From Chiloscyllium plagiosum (Eukaryota): 64,000 nucleotides of DNA. The stretch spans positions 54,472,749 through 54,536,748 of the forward strand of contig NC_057718.1 in the NCBI RefSeq assembly GCF_004010195.1, read 5' to 3'. A program made the translations under genes and the position numbers. Below are positions 37,240 to 50,066 of the stretch, one piece after another. Numbering within the stretch: position 1 is the first letter of the stretch; every line of letters begins with the position of its first letter. The notes beneath the pieces were generated by a model that had not been told where the DNA came from, did not search any database, and saw only the letters and a list, made by a program, of their open reading frames with translations.

Positions 37240-37574
37240 CTACAGACCTATAGATCCAGAAAATAACCTCTCCAAAACTCTGTCCCAGGTTAAATTAATA
37301 GTTATGGCTTATATTTTAGGTTTAATCAAGAGATGTATCTCAAAAACCATCATCAAGAAAGAACTCACTCTTCTCACTACTGCAGACGTTCTGTAGGCCA
37401 CACTTAAAACAATTCACTTGTCTGTTTCTGTGCTGTGACTTTACCCAAACAGTTCCTCCAAGATCAGTTGTGAATTTCACTGTTTGTTAATTTTCCCAAA
37501 CGCCCTCCGATGTCCAGCGATACATGATTTCAAACAGCAAAGGCAGTAACTGTGGTGTCAGTTTCTTTTTTCTT

Positions 37575-37608
<34 letters not shown>

Positions 37609-37847
37609 TCTCTCTCCTGCACTGACCTCACCATGTGCTTCCTTTGTCTTTTCTTCTCCCTTTTGAAACTACTGTTGTTTTGACTTTTTTTCCAAATTTC
37701 CAAAACAATGTAACAGCATCTAAGACTGTAATTGCTGCTCCTGCAATTCGAGGAAGTCACCTCCAACACCTAAAATACCTCAAAAAAAGGAGCAGCTGTT
37801 ATAGCCAGAAATTTTTCCCATCCTCCATCTTGGATAATCCAGAATCC
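37240..37847 (-). mobile_element. Probable LINE 5' UTR fragment with internal (CT)n microsatellite (~37570-37616)
   Basis: Minus strand begins GGATTCTGGATTATCCAAGATGGAGG (YY1-like core typical of LINE 5' ends); family not assigned. Confidence 0.4.
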
Positions 37848-39447
37848 ATTATTTCCCCACATTCTGTATCTTCCACATCTTTATTCCATTTTGTCTTTAT
37901 TCTTGATAGGTTACCACATCTAGTCAACTGATTCAGGTTTGTGCTGCTGCAATGCAAAATCTTATCCAACTATTGATGCACTATTAATCAACTGGCAATC
38001 ATGAGTAAAATGATGGAACAACTCAGCAACAGTGCTGTCAGGCAACATTTAACCTGTTATTTGATGTTCAATTTAGATTCTGCCAAGAAGACTTATTCCA
38101 TATCTCACCACAGACGTTGTCCCATTTTGGACATGATTTGTATTCTAGAGCTGAGATGCAAGTGACTGCCAATGTTTATATGTTTCACTGAAAATGAGAC
38201 CTGTTCTGCATTTCAGTTTTTTTTTTATCTTGTGCAGTGTCAGACATTTTGTTTTGAATTCTTTGCTGGGGATTAAATTTGATTATTTTTTTCACTGTCC
38301 TGGACACCACGAGCAAGACCAAATTGTTGCACGTCAATAGTTGCTTTTGAAAAGGTGGTAGTGAACCATCTTCTTGAAATGCTATTACACATCTATTGCA
38401 GCTACACCATTACTACTGTTAGGAAATGAGTTCCAAGATTTTGATTCATTGACAGTCAAGGAATAACAATATGTCTCCAAATGTGATGGTGTGTTGCTTG
38501 AAGGAGAATTTGCAGGTGGTGGTCTTCCCTTGTGCCTTCCTCTTCTATGTGGGAGAAATTAGAGTCTTGGTGAGTTGCTGCTGTGCATCATGTGGTTGAG
38601 GAAGGAAAATGGGGTGTTAATTATATGGGCATCTTGAGTGTTGTCATTGCTACCCTCGCCGAGGCAAGCGGAAAATGTTTCATCATGCCATTGACTTGTG
38701 CCTTGTTTGATGGTGTATAGAAATTTTGAGGACACAAAAAGTAAGTTACTCACTATAGAGTTGTTGTCCTCTAACCTGCTTTTGTAACCCCCACAGTTTT
38801 ATGGGTGGTCAAATCCTGTCCATGTTAATACCCAGCTAGTTGGATGTCAGTAATGTAAATTCATGAACCTGTTCATTTATGGCAAATACAACCTATTATT
38901 TGTTATAGTTGATTATTGATTATGTTTATCACAACTGCTGTATTGATAAAATACCCATTATTTATAAACCAAAAATATCAGAATGATGCATTCAAATATT
39001 TGTTGTTCTTGGCATATTGATGACCTGTATCTTTTGCCCATCTCTAATTGCTTGTGGGCAGTAATGTGGAACTAAATTCTCACGTTTACGGAGTCAGATA
39101 GGCGTGGTAAATTAAGCAATTCAGTTGATTTTTGACTTTTTATGGGCTAGGTAAACTTTTATGATGAACTAAATTATTGATTTGGCTTTACAACTTGACA
39201 TGAGATTTGAACTTTCCATCTGTGACTTGTTCGTCCCAGGCCTTGACTAATAGACTATTGTATTGTGTAATCATTGTTTCTTTCTGAAAGCAGGTTTTTA
39301 AATAAAAATAGTCTAAATTTTGTCAGTGTTTTACTTTGAGTTTATTTCCATTTAAATGAATTGTGTAATTTTTCACTATTTCTATTGTTTGGATAGAATA
39401 AACTTAAGTAAGGCATACTTTGAACATTGGATACCCAATATTTTATA

Positions 39448-39648
39448 CAGGTTGTTCTGCTATAACACGCGTTTCATTAATGCGGATTCGCTGTAACACA
39501 GTTGGGGACACTGTTTCTAAAGCGCGAACTTTACTGACTGTGACCCGATTACATCGGCAACACTTCAAGTGCTGTTCCTAAAGCACAATTTTTTTATAAT
39601 GCAGGGTTGCACAAGAGTGTAACCATTACGTTATAGACGAACTACCTG
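39448..39648. mobile_element. Tc1/mariner-superfamily (Tigger-like) MITE
   Basis: TA|CAGGTTGTTCTGCTATAAC ... GTTATAGACGAACTACCTG|TA terminal inverted repeats with TA duplication. Confidence 0.8.
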
Positions 39649-40060
39649 TAAAAGCGTATGGCTTACAATTCTGATTCGGTACATTCAAAAGTCTAATGTA
39701 CAAAATTGTGTAGCATGATTCACCAATATGGTGACTGACTTTGCCTGATAGCAGTGAGGTAATCTATTACTGTTATACAGTTGGAAAGTCAGGTAAGTCG
39801 GCTGCAGAGTGGTTTCTGAAAGAAAGGGCCACAATTTGTGTAGTTAATAAAGTTTTGATTTAAGTTCTGTTTTGTAACTGGAACCAGTGTATTTACAATC
39901 CAATATATTTTAGTTTTGTCAGAAAGCAAGGAAATGATATTTATTTTGAGGTCTTTTAAAGTTCAACCAAATTTGGCTTGTCCATAATCGTAGTTTAATT
40001 ATACTATGTCATTATGTACCTCGTTAAGACTTTATGTATTTTTTCATTCCATCCCTGTAG

Positions 40061-40096
40061 CCTGGAAGAGTTGTCACACTTGTTGAAGATCCTGAG
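40061..40096 (+). CDS. CHAC2: CHAC2 exon 2 (36 nt; PGRVVTLVEDPE)
   Basis: Polypyrimidine tract and TAG acceptor, GAG|GTAAAA donor; conserved ChaC PGRVVTL motif. Not in the ORF track. Confidence 0.95.
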
Positions 40097-41255
40097 GTAA
40101 AAGAATAATGCATAATTGAAAATTTTAAACTGACTTCAGGACTGATTTACAATTAATTCATAAATGTATTTGAAATATTTGTTTCTGCATAGGAACAACA
40201 GCTATTGCATATTAATTAGCTGATCGAGTGTAAAATGCCAGTAAAATTGTTCTAAATTGTAGCATTGTGTATTATTGTAAAAATCTATAGTTCTGAAGGA
40301 TGCAAGCTTTGTAAAATACAGGTGCTCCATTTGTCAGCTTGCAACTTAAGGCATAGAAACTATGCTTAACTTCAGTATGCTTATTGCACAATACTGAAAA
40401 TTAATATGGACAGGTTGGCTAAAGTCTAGTTTAAAGTTTGTTATCTTGTCTAAGGAGGTGAGGAGAAAATTCAGTAAGATTAACATTAGATCGAAAGTTT
40501 GGACAATTTTAAAAGCCAATAAAGAATCACATTTTAATTCCCCATTTTTTTTTAAGAAAAAGGGACAGCCAGTTTGAAATATAAAAACAGTAAGCATTTT
40601 AACCTGTTTCAAAATAAGTAATTAAGTGTTTGGTCCTCTGCAAAAAGAGAGTCTGGAGAATTAATAATGGAAAACAAGGAAACGATACAAGTGTCATTCT
40701 GGTTTGCTTTCACTGTGTAAAGCATAAAACCATGCCAAAATACTTGGAAAAACAAGGGGTTAAAGGGAGAGATGAACTTAAAACAATCATAATCATCAGT
40801 GAATGGGTACATAGAAAATTATTTCAGCTAAAGTCTCAAGTCCCAAATCTAATGGCTTGCAATCTAGGGTCTTAAAAAATTGGTTGCAGAGACAATAGAA
40901 GCACTGTGATCTTTCAAAAGATCCCAGCAGATTGGGGGGTGAGGAGTTCATGTAAAATCTGTATTCAAAGAGAAAGAAAGTAAAGAATGCAAAAGCCCAT
41001 AAAATTACTATCTGTCTGAAGAAAAATGTTACAGTCCATGATGGAGATTATGCCAAGACATTTGGAAAATCATAAGTATGAGGCAAAATTAACACTTTCT
41101 TCATTAATTTATTAGAGTTCTTTGAGAAATAAACAAGCAATGTAGATTTACAAAAGGTATTTAATTATGTGATGCCACAGAAAAAAGGTTAATACACAAG
41201 ATCTGTTTTATTTATATTCACTCCTCATAGGTCAGTTATGAGGTAGGGTCACTCG

Positions 41256-42932
41256 TAGAGTCAAAATTCATAGAGATGTACAGCATGGAAACAGACCCTT
41301 TGGTCCACCTTGTCCATGCTGACTAGATATCCCAACCCAATCTAGTCCCACCTGCCAGCACCTGACCCATATCCCTCCAAACCCTTCCAATTCATATACC
41401 CCTCCAAATGCCTTTTAAATGTTGCCATTGTACTAGCCTCCACCACTTCCTCTGGCAGCTCATTCCATACACCTACCACCCTCCTGAGTGAAAACGTTGC
41501 CCCTTAGGTCTCTTTTATATCTTTCCCCTCTCACCCTAAACCTATGCCCTCTAGTTCTGGACTTTCCCACCCGAGGGAAAAGACTTTGTCTATTTATCCT
41601 ATCCATGCTCCTCATGATTTTATAAACCTGTATGCGGTCACCCCTCAGATTCTGACGTTCCAGGGAAACCAGCCCCACCTATTCAATCTCTTCCTATAGC
41701 TCAAATCCTCTGACCCTGGCAACATCCTTGTAAATCTTTTCTGAACCTTTTCAAGTTTCACAACATCTTTCCGATAGGAAGGAGACCAGAATTGCACACA
41801 ATATTCCAACAGTGGCCGAACCAAATGCCCTGTACTCAATACTCTGATCAATAAAGGAAAGCATACCAAACGCCTACTTCACTATCCTACCTATCTGCAA
41901 CTCCACTTTCAAGGAGCTATGAACCTGCAGTCCAAGATCTTTGTTCAGCAACACTCCCTAGGGCCTTACCGTTAAGTATATAAGTTCTGCTAAGATTTGC
42001 TTTCCCAAGATGCAGCAGCTCACATTTATCTAAATTAAACTCCATCTCCTCCTTCTCAGCCCTTTGGCCCATCTGATCAAGATCCCGTTGTAATCTGAGG
42101 TAACCTTCCTCATTGTCCACTACACTTCCAATTTTGGCGTCACCAGCAAACTTACTAACTATACCTTTTATGCTCGCATCCAAATCATTTATATAAATGA
42201 CAAAAAGTAGTGGACCCAGCACCTATCCTTGTGGCAGTCCACTGGTCACAGGCCTCCATCTGAAAAATAACCCTCCGCCACCACTGTGTCTTCTACCTTT
42301 TGAGCCAGTTCTGTATTCAGATAGCGAGTTCTCCCTGAGATCTAACCTTGCTCAACAGTCTCCCATGGGGAACCTTGTCAAACGCCTTACTGACATCCAT
42401 ATAGATCACATCTACCACTCTGGCCTCATCAATCCCATTTGTTACTTCTTCAAAAACCTCAATCAAGTTTCTGTGACATGATTTCCCATGCATAAAGCCA
42501 TGTTGCCTATCCCTAATCAGTCCGTGCCTTTCCAAATACCTGTACATCCTGTCCCTCAGGATTCCCTCCAACACCTTGCCGACCACTGACGTCAGGCTCA
42601 CTGGTCTATAGTTCCCTGGCTTGTCCTTACCACCTTTCTTAAACAGTGGCACCACGTTAGCCAACCTCTAGTCTTCTGGCACCTCACCTGTGACTACCGA
42701 TGATACAAATATCTCAGCAAGACTCCCATCAATTACTTCCATAGCTTCCCACAGAGTTCAAGGCACACCTGATCAGGTCCTGGGGATTAATCCACTTTTT
42801 TTGTGTTTCAAGACATCCACTGCTTCCTCGTCTGTAATATGGATATTTTGCAAGATGTCACCATCTATTTCTCTACATTCTGTATCTTCCATGTCATTTT
42901 CCACAGTAAATACTACTGCAAAATACTTGTTT
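41256..42932 (-). mobile_element. CR1 LINE RT and 3' end (5'-truncated)
   Basis: ANVVPLFKKGGKDKPGNYRPVSLTSVVGK, YMDVSKAFDKVPHGRL, YINDLD, LEKVQKRFTRMLPG. Confidence 0.93.
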
Positions 42933-44112
42933 AACTCTGATTTTTCTCCTCTGATTCTGCCAGAATTGCTGAATTTTTCCAGCAATTCTCAGCTTTTGTT
43001 TTCCTTTTGTTATTTCTCACTGTGACCTCAGTCTCTCTTCTTTTTGGTGTACAGTCAGCTGTTGTGCTTTTGGTTGCCTGACCTACTCTGATATACTGTG
43101 TTTAAAGTCCATCTCTTTGATCAAACCTATGATGCCTCCAATCTTTCCCTTTTAGTTGCCATCAAATTTCTCCCTCTGGAGATCCTTAAGTCAATTTTCT
43201 ATTAATGATGCTACATAAATTCAAGTTGTTGATGGCACTCCCAAATTTTGCCAAATATCTATTTCACTATATATCCTTGTTTGTCCTTTTTACTTCATCC
43301 TAATCCTAACTTTTGCTTTCAATCTTTCCCAGTAGGAATATGTCACCTTTACTGAGGTAAATTTGATCTAAAAACATTACTGGATGTAGTTGAAGTTAAT
43401 TCCCCAGAACATCCCCTAACCTGAACCCTATGCTGGTGCTTCCTGGATAGTTCTGTATCTTTCTGACCTGAAAAACATTAACATTGCAGAAATGTAAATA
43501 GTATTTCCTGACTAATAAAAATACAATGTTGATCTTATACTGTGGTACCATAGCACACCAAGTAACATATCCACCAAGTAATACAGTAACTGGATCAATT
43601 ATACCTTAAGCTGTCCATGAGAAAGCCAGGGGCCATCTGTTAATATGAGTTCTATAACCATGAGATTATTCAGACCTAAAGTTTTCTTTGAAGAGGCTGA
43701 TACAAGCAACATTAAACTAGGTCTGCAATCTGATTTTTTTTTTAAACCCCTGCTATTTCAAGAATGTCCAACTTTCAGGAAATCTTTTGTTTTATTTATT
43801 TCGATGAAGGGTTTCATAGAATTACTTTTTGGTTCATTTGTGAATACTTTTGATTTTAGGTATTTATTATAATTCATTCATGGAATATGAGCTTTGTTAT
43901 CCATACTTGCCTTGAGAAAGGGTGCTGAGCTACTGCCTTGAACCACTGCAGTTCATTTGATGGAGGTAGACACACAATAAGGTTTTTGACCCAGGACTAT
44001 GAAGGTGCAACAATATTTGCAGTTTAGGCTGGTGAGTGGCTTGGTGGGGAACATGCAGATGTTTGTGCTCCCATGTATCTGCTAACTTTGTCATTCTGGA
44101 GGGAAGTGGTCA

Positions 44113-44700
44113 GAGAGATATTCAGCATGGAAATGGAACCTTCGGTCCAACTCGTCCATGCCGACCAGAAATCTTAAATAAATCTGGTCCTAGTTGCCAG
44201 TACTTGGGCCATATCTCTCTAAATCCTTCCTATTCATATATTCAACCAGATGCATTTTAAATGTTGTAATTGTACCAGCCTTTACCACTTTGACAGCTCA
44301 TTTCATACACGCACCACACTCTGCTTGAAAAAGATGCCACTTAGGTAGGTCCCTTTTAACTCTTTCTCCTGTCAGCTTAAACTTATGCCCTCTAGTTTTG
44401 GACTCCCTCACACCAGGGAAAAGAACTTGTCTATTTACCCTATCCATGTCCCTCATTTTATAAGCCTCTATAAGGTCACCCCTCAACCTCTGATGCTCCA
44501 GTGAGAACAGTCCCATTCTATTCAGCCTCCCCCCTATAGCTCAAACCCTCCAACCCTAGCAACGTCCTTGTAAATCTTTTCTGAACCATTTTAAGTTTCA
44601 CAACATCCTTCCTCGAGTAGGGAGATCAGAATTGCATGCAGTATTCCAATAGTGGCCTAATCAATGTCCTGTACAGCCGCAACATGACCTCCCAACCTCT
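44113..44700 (-). mobile_element. CR1 LINE 3' fragment
   Basis: GLFSLEHQRLRGDLIEAYKM; 3' UTR shared with other copies. Confidence 0.88.
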
Positions 44701-45928
44701 GTACTAGTATACGGTGCAAAGTATTCCGTCACACTCCTGTCTTGTGCCTTGTAAATGATGGACAGGCTTTGTGGATTCAGGAGGTGAGTTACTTGCCACA
44801 GTATTCCTAACCTCTGACCCACTATTATAACCACTGTGTCTATGTGGTGAGTCCAGTTGAGTTTCTGGTCAATGATAACCCCAGGATGTTGATAGTGGAG
44901 GTTCAGGGATGGTATTACCATTGAATGTCATGGGGAGGTGGTTAGATTGATGGCCGTAGCCTGACATTTGTGTGGCACAAATGTTACTTGCCACTTGTCA
45001 GCACAAGCCTGGATGTTATCCAGATATTGTTGCATTTGAACACTGCTTCAGTATCTGAGGAGTCATGAATGGTGCTGAACATTGTGCAATCATCAGTGAG
45101 CGTCTGCACTTCTGACCTTGTGTTAATGCAGCTGTTTCATCGCACTTCTGACTTGGGTCTCGTAGGTGGTGAACAGGCTTTGGGGAGTCAGGTAGTGAGT
45201 TATTCACTACAGGATTCTTAGCCTCTGAACTGATCTTGTAGCTATAGTATTTATATGGCTAGTCCAGTTCAGATTCTGGTCAATGGTAACCCCTGGATGT
45301 TGCTAATGATGCCCTTTGAATGTCAAGGGGGCATGATTGGATTCTGTCTTGTTGGAAATGGTCATTCCCTGGCATTTGCGCAAATACTTGCGATTAGTCA
45401 GCCCAAATCTGGATGTTGTCCAGCTCTTGCTGCATTGAGAGAGACTGTATATTCAGTATCTCAGGAGTCATGAATGATGCTGAACATTGTGCAAGCATGA
45501 GAGAACATACCCACTTCTGAACTTATGATGGAGGGAAGGTTATATTACAAGGCAGCTGAAGATGATTGGGCCTAGAACATGACTGTGAGGAACTCCTTCA
45601 GAAATGTCCTGGAGTTGAGATGACTGACCTCCAACAAGCATTATCATCTTCTTTGTGTCAGGTATGACTTCAAACAGGAAGAGTTTTTCCCAGGTTCCCA
45701 CAGACTCAAATTTTGCTAGATATCCTTGATGCTTTGCTTGATCAAATGCAGCCTTGTTTTTAAGGCCAGTCACATGCCTCACCTCTGGAATTTAGCTCCA
45801 GTGTGCATGTTTGAAGCAAACCTGTAATGGCATCAGGAGCTAATTGATTGGCCCTGGCAGAACCCACACTGAGCACCAGTGAACATTTTGGATATAAGTT
45901 GTTCACTAAGCTAGAAGGTTCGTTTTCA

Positions 45929-45962
45929 GACGTTTTGTCACCATATTAGGTAACGTCATCAG
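45929..45962 (-). ncRNA. Hammerhead motif in 3' pLTR (G12 mutated)
   Basis: Minus strand CTGATGA-C-GTTACC-TAATAT-GGTGAC-AAAA-CG-TC. Confidence 0.65.
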
Positions 45963-47352
45963 CGAGCCTCCGGATGAAGCATTGGTGGTATGGCCCACTT
46001 TTTGTGTGTTTAGGTTTCCTTGGGTTGGTGGTGTAATTTCCTTTTTTTTTCTTATGTGGTAAATGGGATCTAAGTCAATGGGTTTCTTGACAGAGTTCCA
46101 GTTGAAATGCTTCTAGGAATTCTCGTGCATGTCTCTGTTTGGCTTGTTCTAGGATGGATGTGTTGTCCCAGTCAAAGTGGTATTGTTCCTGACCAGTGTG
46201 TAAGGATACTAATGAAAGTTGGTCTCATTTTGGAGATGTCTTTGATGTAGGGGAGAGTGGTTAGGATTCCTGGACATGTTTTGTCTGCTTGTTTGGGTTT
46301 GTTGCTGAGAAATCGGCAGACTGTGTTCATTGGGTACACGTTCATTTTGCATACACTGTACAGGTGATTTTACTTTTCTCTTTGTAGCTCCTCTGTGCTG
46401 CAGTGTGTGGTGGCTCGTTGAAATAAGGTTCTCGTGCAGCATCGTTTATGGGTGTTGGGATGATTGCTTCTGTCATTCAGTATTTGGTCTTGTGTTGTTT
46501 TCCTATAGACACTGGTTTGAAGTTTTCCATTGGCTGTTCGCTCTACTGCGACATCGAGGAAAGGCAGTTTGTTGTTGTTTTCCTCCTCCTTAATGAATTT
46601 TATGCCAGTAAGGGTATTATTGATGGTCTTGAAGGTTTCCTCTAATTTATTTCGTTTAGTAATGACAAAGGTGTCATCCATGGAGTGGATCCAGAGTTTG
46701 GGTTGGATGGTTAGCAGAGCTGTTTGTTCGGGTCTCTGCATTACTGCCTTTGCTAAGAACCCTGATATCGGAGATGCTATTGGTGTTCCGTTGGTTTGTC
46801 TGGAGTTTTGTTGTTGAAGGTGAAATGGGTGGTAAGGCATAGGTCCACTAGCTTGATGATATTATTATTGCTGATGAAGTTGGTGGTGTTTGATGTATAT
46901 GCCTTTGGTTCTTCTAATAGTGTAGTCAGTGTTTTCTTGGCCAGGTTGATGTTGATAGATGTAAACAGGGCTGTTATGTCAGAGGAGACCATTATTTCAT
47001 CCTCTTCTATCTCGGTGTCTTTGGTCTTCAGATGTTCTTGGGTGGAGTGGATTGTGTGATGTGAGTCTTCTACTCGGTGTTCTAGTCTTTGATGTAACTC
47101 CTTGGCCAATCTGCAAGTTGGTGTTCCAGGTAGCGAGACTATGGGTCTGAGGGAGGCTCCTAGTTTGTGAATTTTGGGTAATCTGTAGAAGCGGGATGTG
47201 TTGGGTCCGTCTGGTTTCATTTACCACCCCCCAGATTTTACAAAAAAGAAGGAAATTACATCCCCACAGGAAAATGACATCACCAACCCAAGGATACCTA
47301 AACACGCAAATAGAAAGCGGGCCATGCCACCAGTGCTTCAACCGGAGGTTTG

Positions 47353-47386
47353 CTGATGATGTTACCTAGTATGGTGACGAAACATC
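47353..47386 (+). ncRNA. Hammerhead motif in inverted pLTR
   Basis: CTGATGA-T-GTTACC-TAGTAT-GGTGAC-GAAA-CA-TC; core intact, stem III CpG decayed. Confidence 0.7.
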
Positions 47387-49052
47387 TGAAAATGAACCTT
47401 CCAGCTTAGTGAGCAAACCTACATCCAGAACCTCAACCTGAACTACAAATCTTCTCAAAACTCGCTAGTGAACACTTTATTGCTAAATAAGTGCTGCCTA
47501 ATAGCACTGTTGATGACACTTTCCATCATTTTACTGATGAAAGTAGACTGATGCAGTAATTAGTGGGGTTGTATTTGACTTGCTTTTTGTGTATAGGACA
47601 TTGGTATCTACCCAATACTGTGGAAAATTACCTATGTTGCTGCTGTACTGAAACATCTTGGCAAGTGGCATAGCAAGTTCTGGAGCAGATATCTTGAGTA
47701 TTATTGACAGAACGTCATCAGGTCCTTTTAGAGTATGTAACACCTCCACCTGTTTCTTGATCTCTCATGGAGCGACTTAAATTGGCCTAAAGACTGTTTT
47801 GGCTAAATCTATCTTGCTGGGGATGTCTAGAGATGGATCATCCACTCAGCACTTGAGGCTAAAAATGTTGCAAGTACATCAGCTTTATTTTGTGCATGGG
47901 CTTTCCCCATCTTTGAGAATGGAGATATTCTTGGAATCTCATCACATCCAGTGGGTTGTTTAATTGTCCACCACTACGTGGCAAGACTAAATCACTTAGC
48001 CCTCTCTGGCACATGTTGCTTATGCTGTTCGACATGTAAATAGTCCTGCTGTGTGCCTTCACCAGATTGGCACTTGTTATTTTTCAGTATGCCTTGTGAC
48101 ATACATGGCTTTGTGCACTTTTCTTTGAACCAAGGTTGATCCTCTGGCTTTATGCTGAGAGTAGAGTCAGGTATATGCTGGCCCGTGAAATTACATATTG
48201 TGTGCTGAAGTAAACTATGCTACCAGTAATGGCCCACAGTGCCTAGTCTTGAGTTGTTAGATCTGTTTGTAGGCCAGACAGTAGTGTTCCTTTCCAAAAA
48301 ACACAGTAGTGAACCACATGGGCTTGTACAACAATCAAGATTGACTTTCTTCATATCTGTTGTGGTAGGATTCAGACATAATCTGGGTATCTGGATTACT
48401 AGCTTAGTGATAATACCACTATGCCATTGGGGTATTTTTTTCCAAGTTGAATTTCTGATCTTGCCCCAAGATGTTGGGAGTCAAGCATATTTGTACAAAA
48501 AATCAAACCAAGGCTTTACCTGGAATAGGATTGCTTCTGGTAAGAATGTTGGATGGGGAGAGAGAAAGAAGGGTGGAATTTCTAATATGGGTAGGGAAGT
48601 TTCATAACAATTCATCTTTTACACATTGCATGTCAGGTCAGTAATTTAAAATGTATAATTCAAGATAGGAGATAACGGGTTACTAACATTGTGCAATTGT
48701 AGTGTTGTATGACAACATTATAAAACAGCACCAATAACAATTAGGGTGTGAAATATACAAAGGACTTGTTTTATTTCTTGCTAATAAATGTTCTACAGCA
48801 TTAAGATTTGCAATGCTATTAATATGGGATGATACAAAACATGAATATTTGCATTGATACATTAACATAATTAAGGTTGTATTATAGAATATTGAACCAA
48901 ATTTTAATGCAGATAGCCCATTCCAAGTTTATGAAATATGAATAATGTCCTTTAAAATTTATTTTCTTTAGTACATAAATACAATTTATTATTGAATATG
49001 ATTTATTCTAATTTTGGACAAATACATTACCGTATTGTATGTTTATATTCAG

Positions 49053-49436
49053 GGCCTCGTGTGGGGTGTGGTGTATAAACTTCCAGATGGAAAAGAAGAA
49101 GAAGTGAAGGAATATCTTGACTTACGAGAAAAGGATGGTTATAGGACTATTACAGTTACGTTTTATCCAAAGGATACTTCAATAGATCCTTTCCCTGTGA
49201 TGCAATACATAGGAACATGTGATAATCCTAATTACTTGGGTCCAGCACCCTTGGAAGACATGGCTTTGCAGATTTTAAATGCTGTTGGGCAAAGTGGAAG
49301 GAACACAGAGTACCTATTTGAACTTGCTGACTCCTTACGAAAGATCGTTCCAGAAGATACAGATGAGCACCTCTTTTCATTAGAGAAAATGGTCAAGGAA
49401 CTCTTGGAGAGAAATGGAAAAAGTAACTGTATATGA
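49053..49436 (+). CDS. CHAC2: CHAC2 exon 3 (384 nt including stop); total CDS 555 nt, 184 aa
   Basis: [30 protein letters not shown]...[28 protein letters not shown]; CAG acceptor; E74 and E83 retained. Confidence 0.97.
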   Translation, partial: GLVWGVVYKLPDGKEEEVKEYLDLREKDGYRTITVTFYPKDTSIDPFPVMQYIGTCDNPNYLGPAPLEDMALQILNAVGQSGRNTEYLFELADSLRKIVPEDTDEHLFSLEKMVKELLERNGKSNCI

Positions 49437-49447
49437 AGGATTCCTAC

Positions 49448-49453
49448 AATAAA
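49448..49453 (+). terminator. Proximal polyadenylation signal candidate for CHAC2
   Basis: AATAAA 12 nt after the stop codon. Confidence 0.4.
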
Positions 49454-49795
49454 GTAGGGCTGGAATAGAGACTATCTTCAATTTAAACCCTCACTCTCTT
49501 ATCTAATTTATACTTGCTGTGTCATTATTATTCCTGACAGTGTCCACCAAAACATAGAGTAAAAGGTATTACAAGCAATTCTGATGACCATAGTCTGATA
49601 TTAAAAATACATGTGTCCATGTATTCTGCATATCAAAATGTTCTCATTATTTAACCATGGACCTTGGTGAAGTCATGCTTACTCTGTAAATATAATTGTT
49701 GACAAACCTGATGACCGGATTGGTTTGCACTGACATACTCTGAATATTGGGTATTATTTTAAAATAAGTAATTTTTAATGTTTCCATAAATTTTA

Positions 49796-50066
49796 TGATG
49801 TGGTGGAGCCAGTGTTGAACTGGGGTGGGCAAAGTTAAAAATCACACAACACCAAGTTATAGACCAACAGACTTATTTGGAAGCACTATCTTTCAAATAT
49901 CAAGTAGCTGTGGAACAGGGCCATAAGACACAGAACTTATAGCTAAATTCTGTCTCTTCTGGTCCTGCTCCACAACTATCTGATAAAGGAGCAGTGCTCT
50001 GAAAGCTAGTGCTTCCAAATAAACCTGTTGGACTAATAACCTGGTGTTGTGTGATTTTTAAATTTG
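49796..50066. mobile_element. Fold-back PLE-derived element (family B) with hammerhead-like motif
   Basis: Long imperfect palindrome; CTGATAA-A-GGAGC-AGT-GCTCT-GAAA-GC-TA at 49980-50008; 13-bp TSD TCCATAAATTTTA at 49783-49795 and 50067-50079. Confidence 0.82.

Larger units (their letters stand above)
45886..47466 (-). mobile_element. Penelope-like element (Poseidon/Penelope-type RT) with inverted pLTRs
   Basis: ORFs 46777..47220 and 46370..46840 (RFYRLPKIHK..LRPIVS..DITALFTSI; GTPIASPISG..MDDTFVI..LPFLDV..VYRKTT). 45886-46041 and ~47268-47430 are inverted copies. 8-bp TSD AGTGAACA at 45878-45885 and 47467-47474. Confidence 0.9.
43870..48240 (-). mobile_element. L2/Crack-like LINE relic, split by CR1 and Penelope insertions
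   Basis: GPDDVLSIILKISAPELAMPLAKMFQYS; AAFDQAKHQG..EGVPHSHVLGPIIFSC; GVIIDQKLNWTHHI..LSIIYKAQ. Clade assignment is tentative. Confidence 0.7.
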
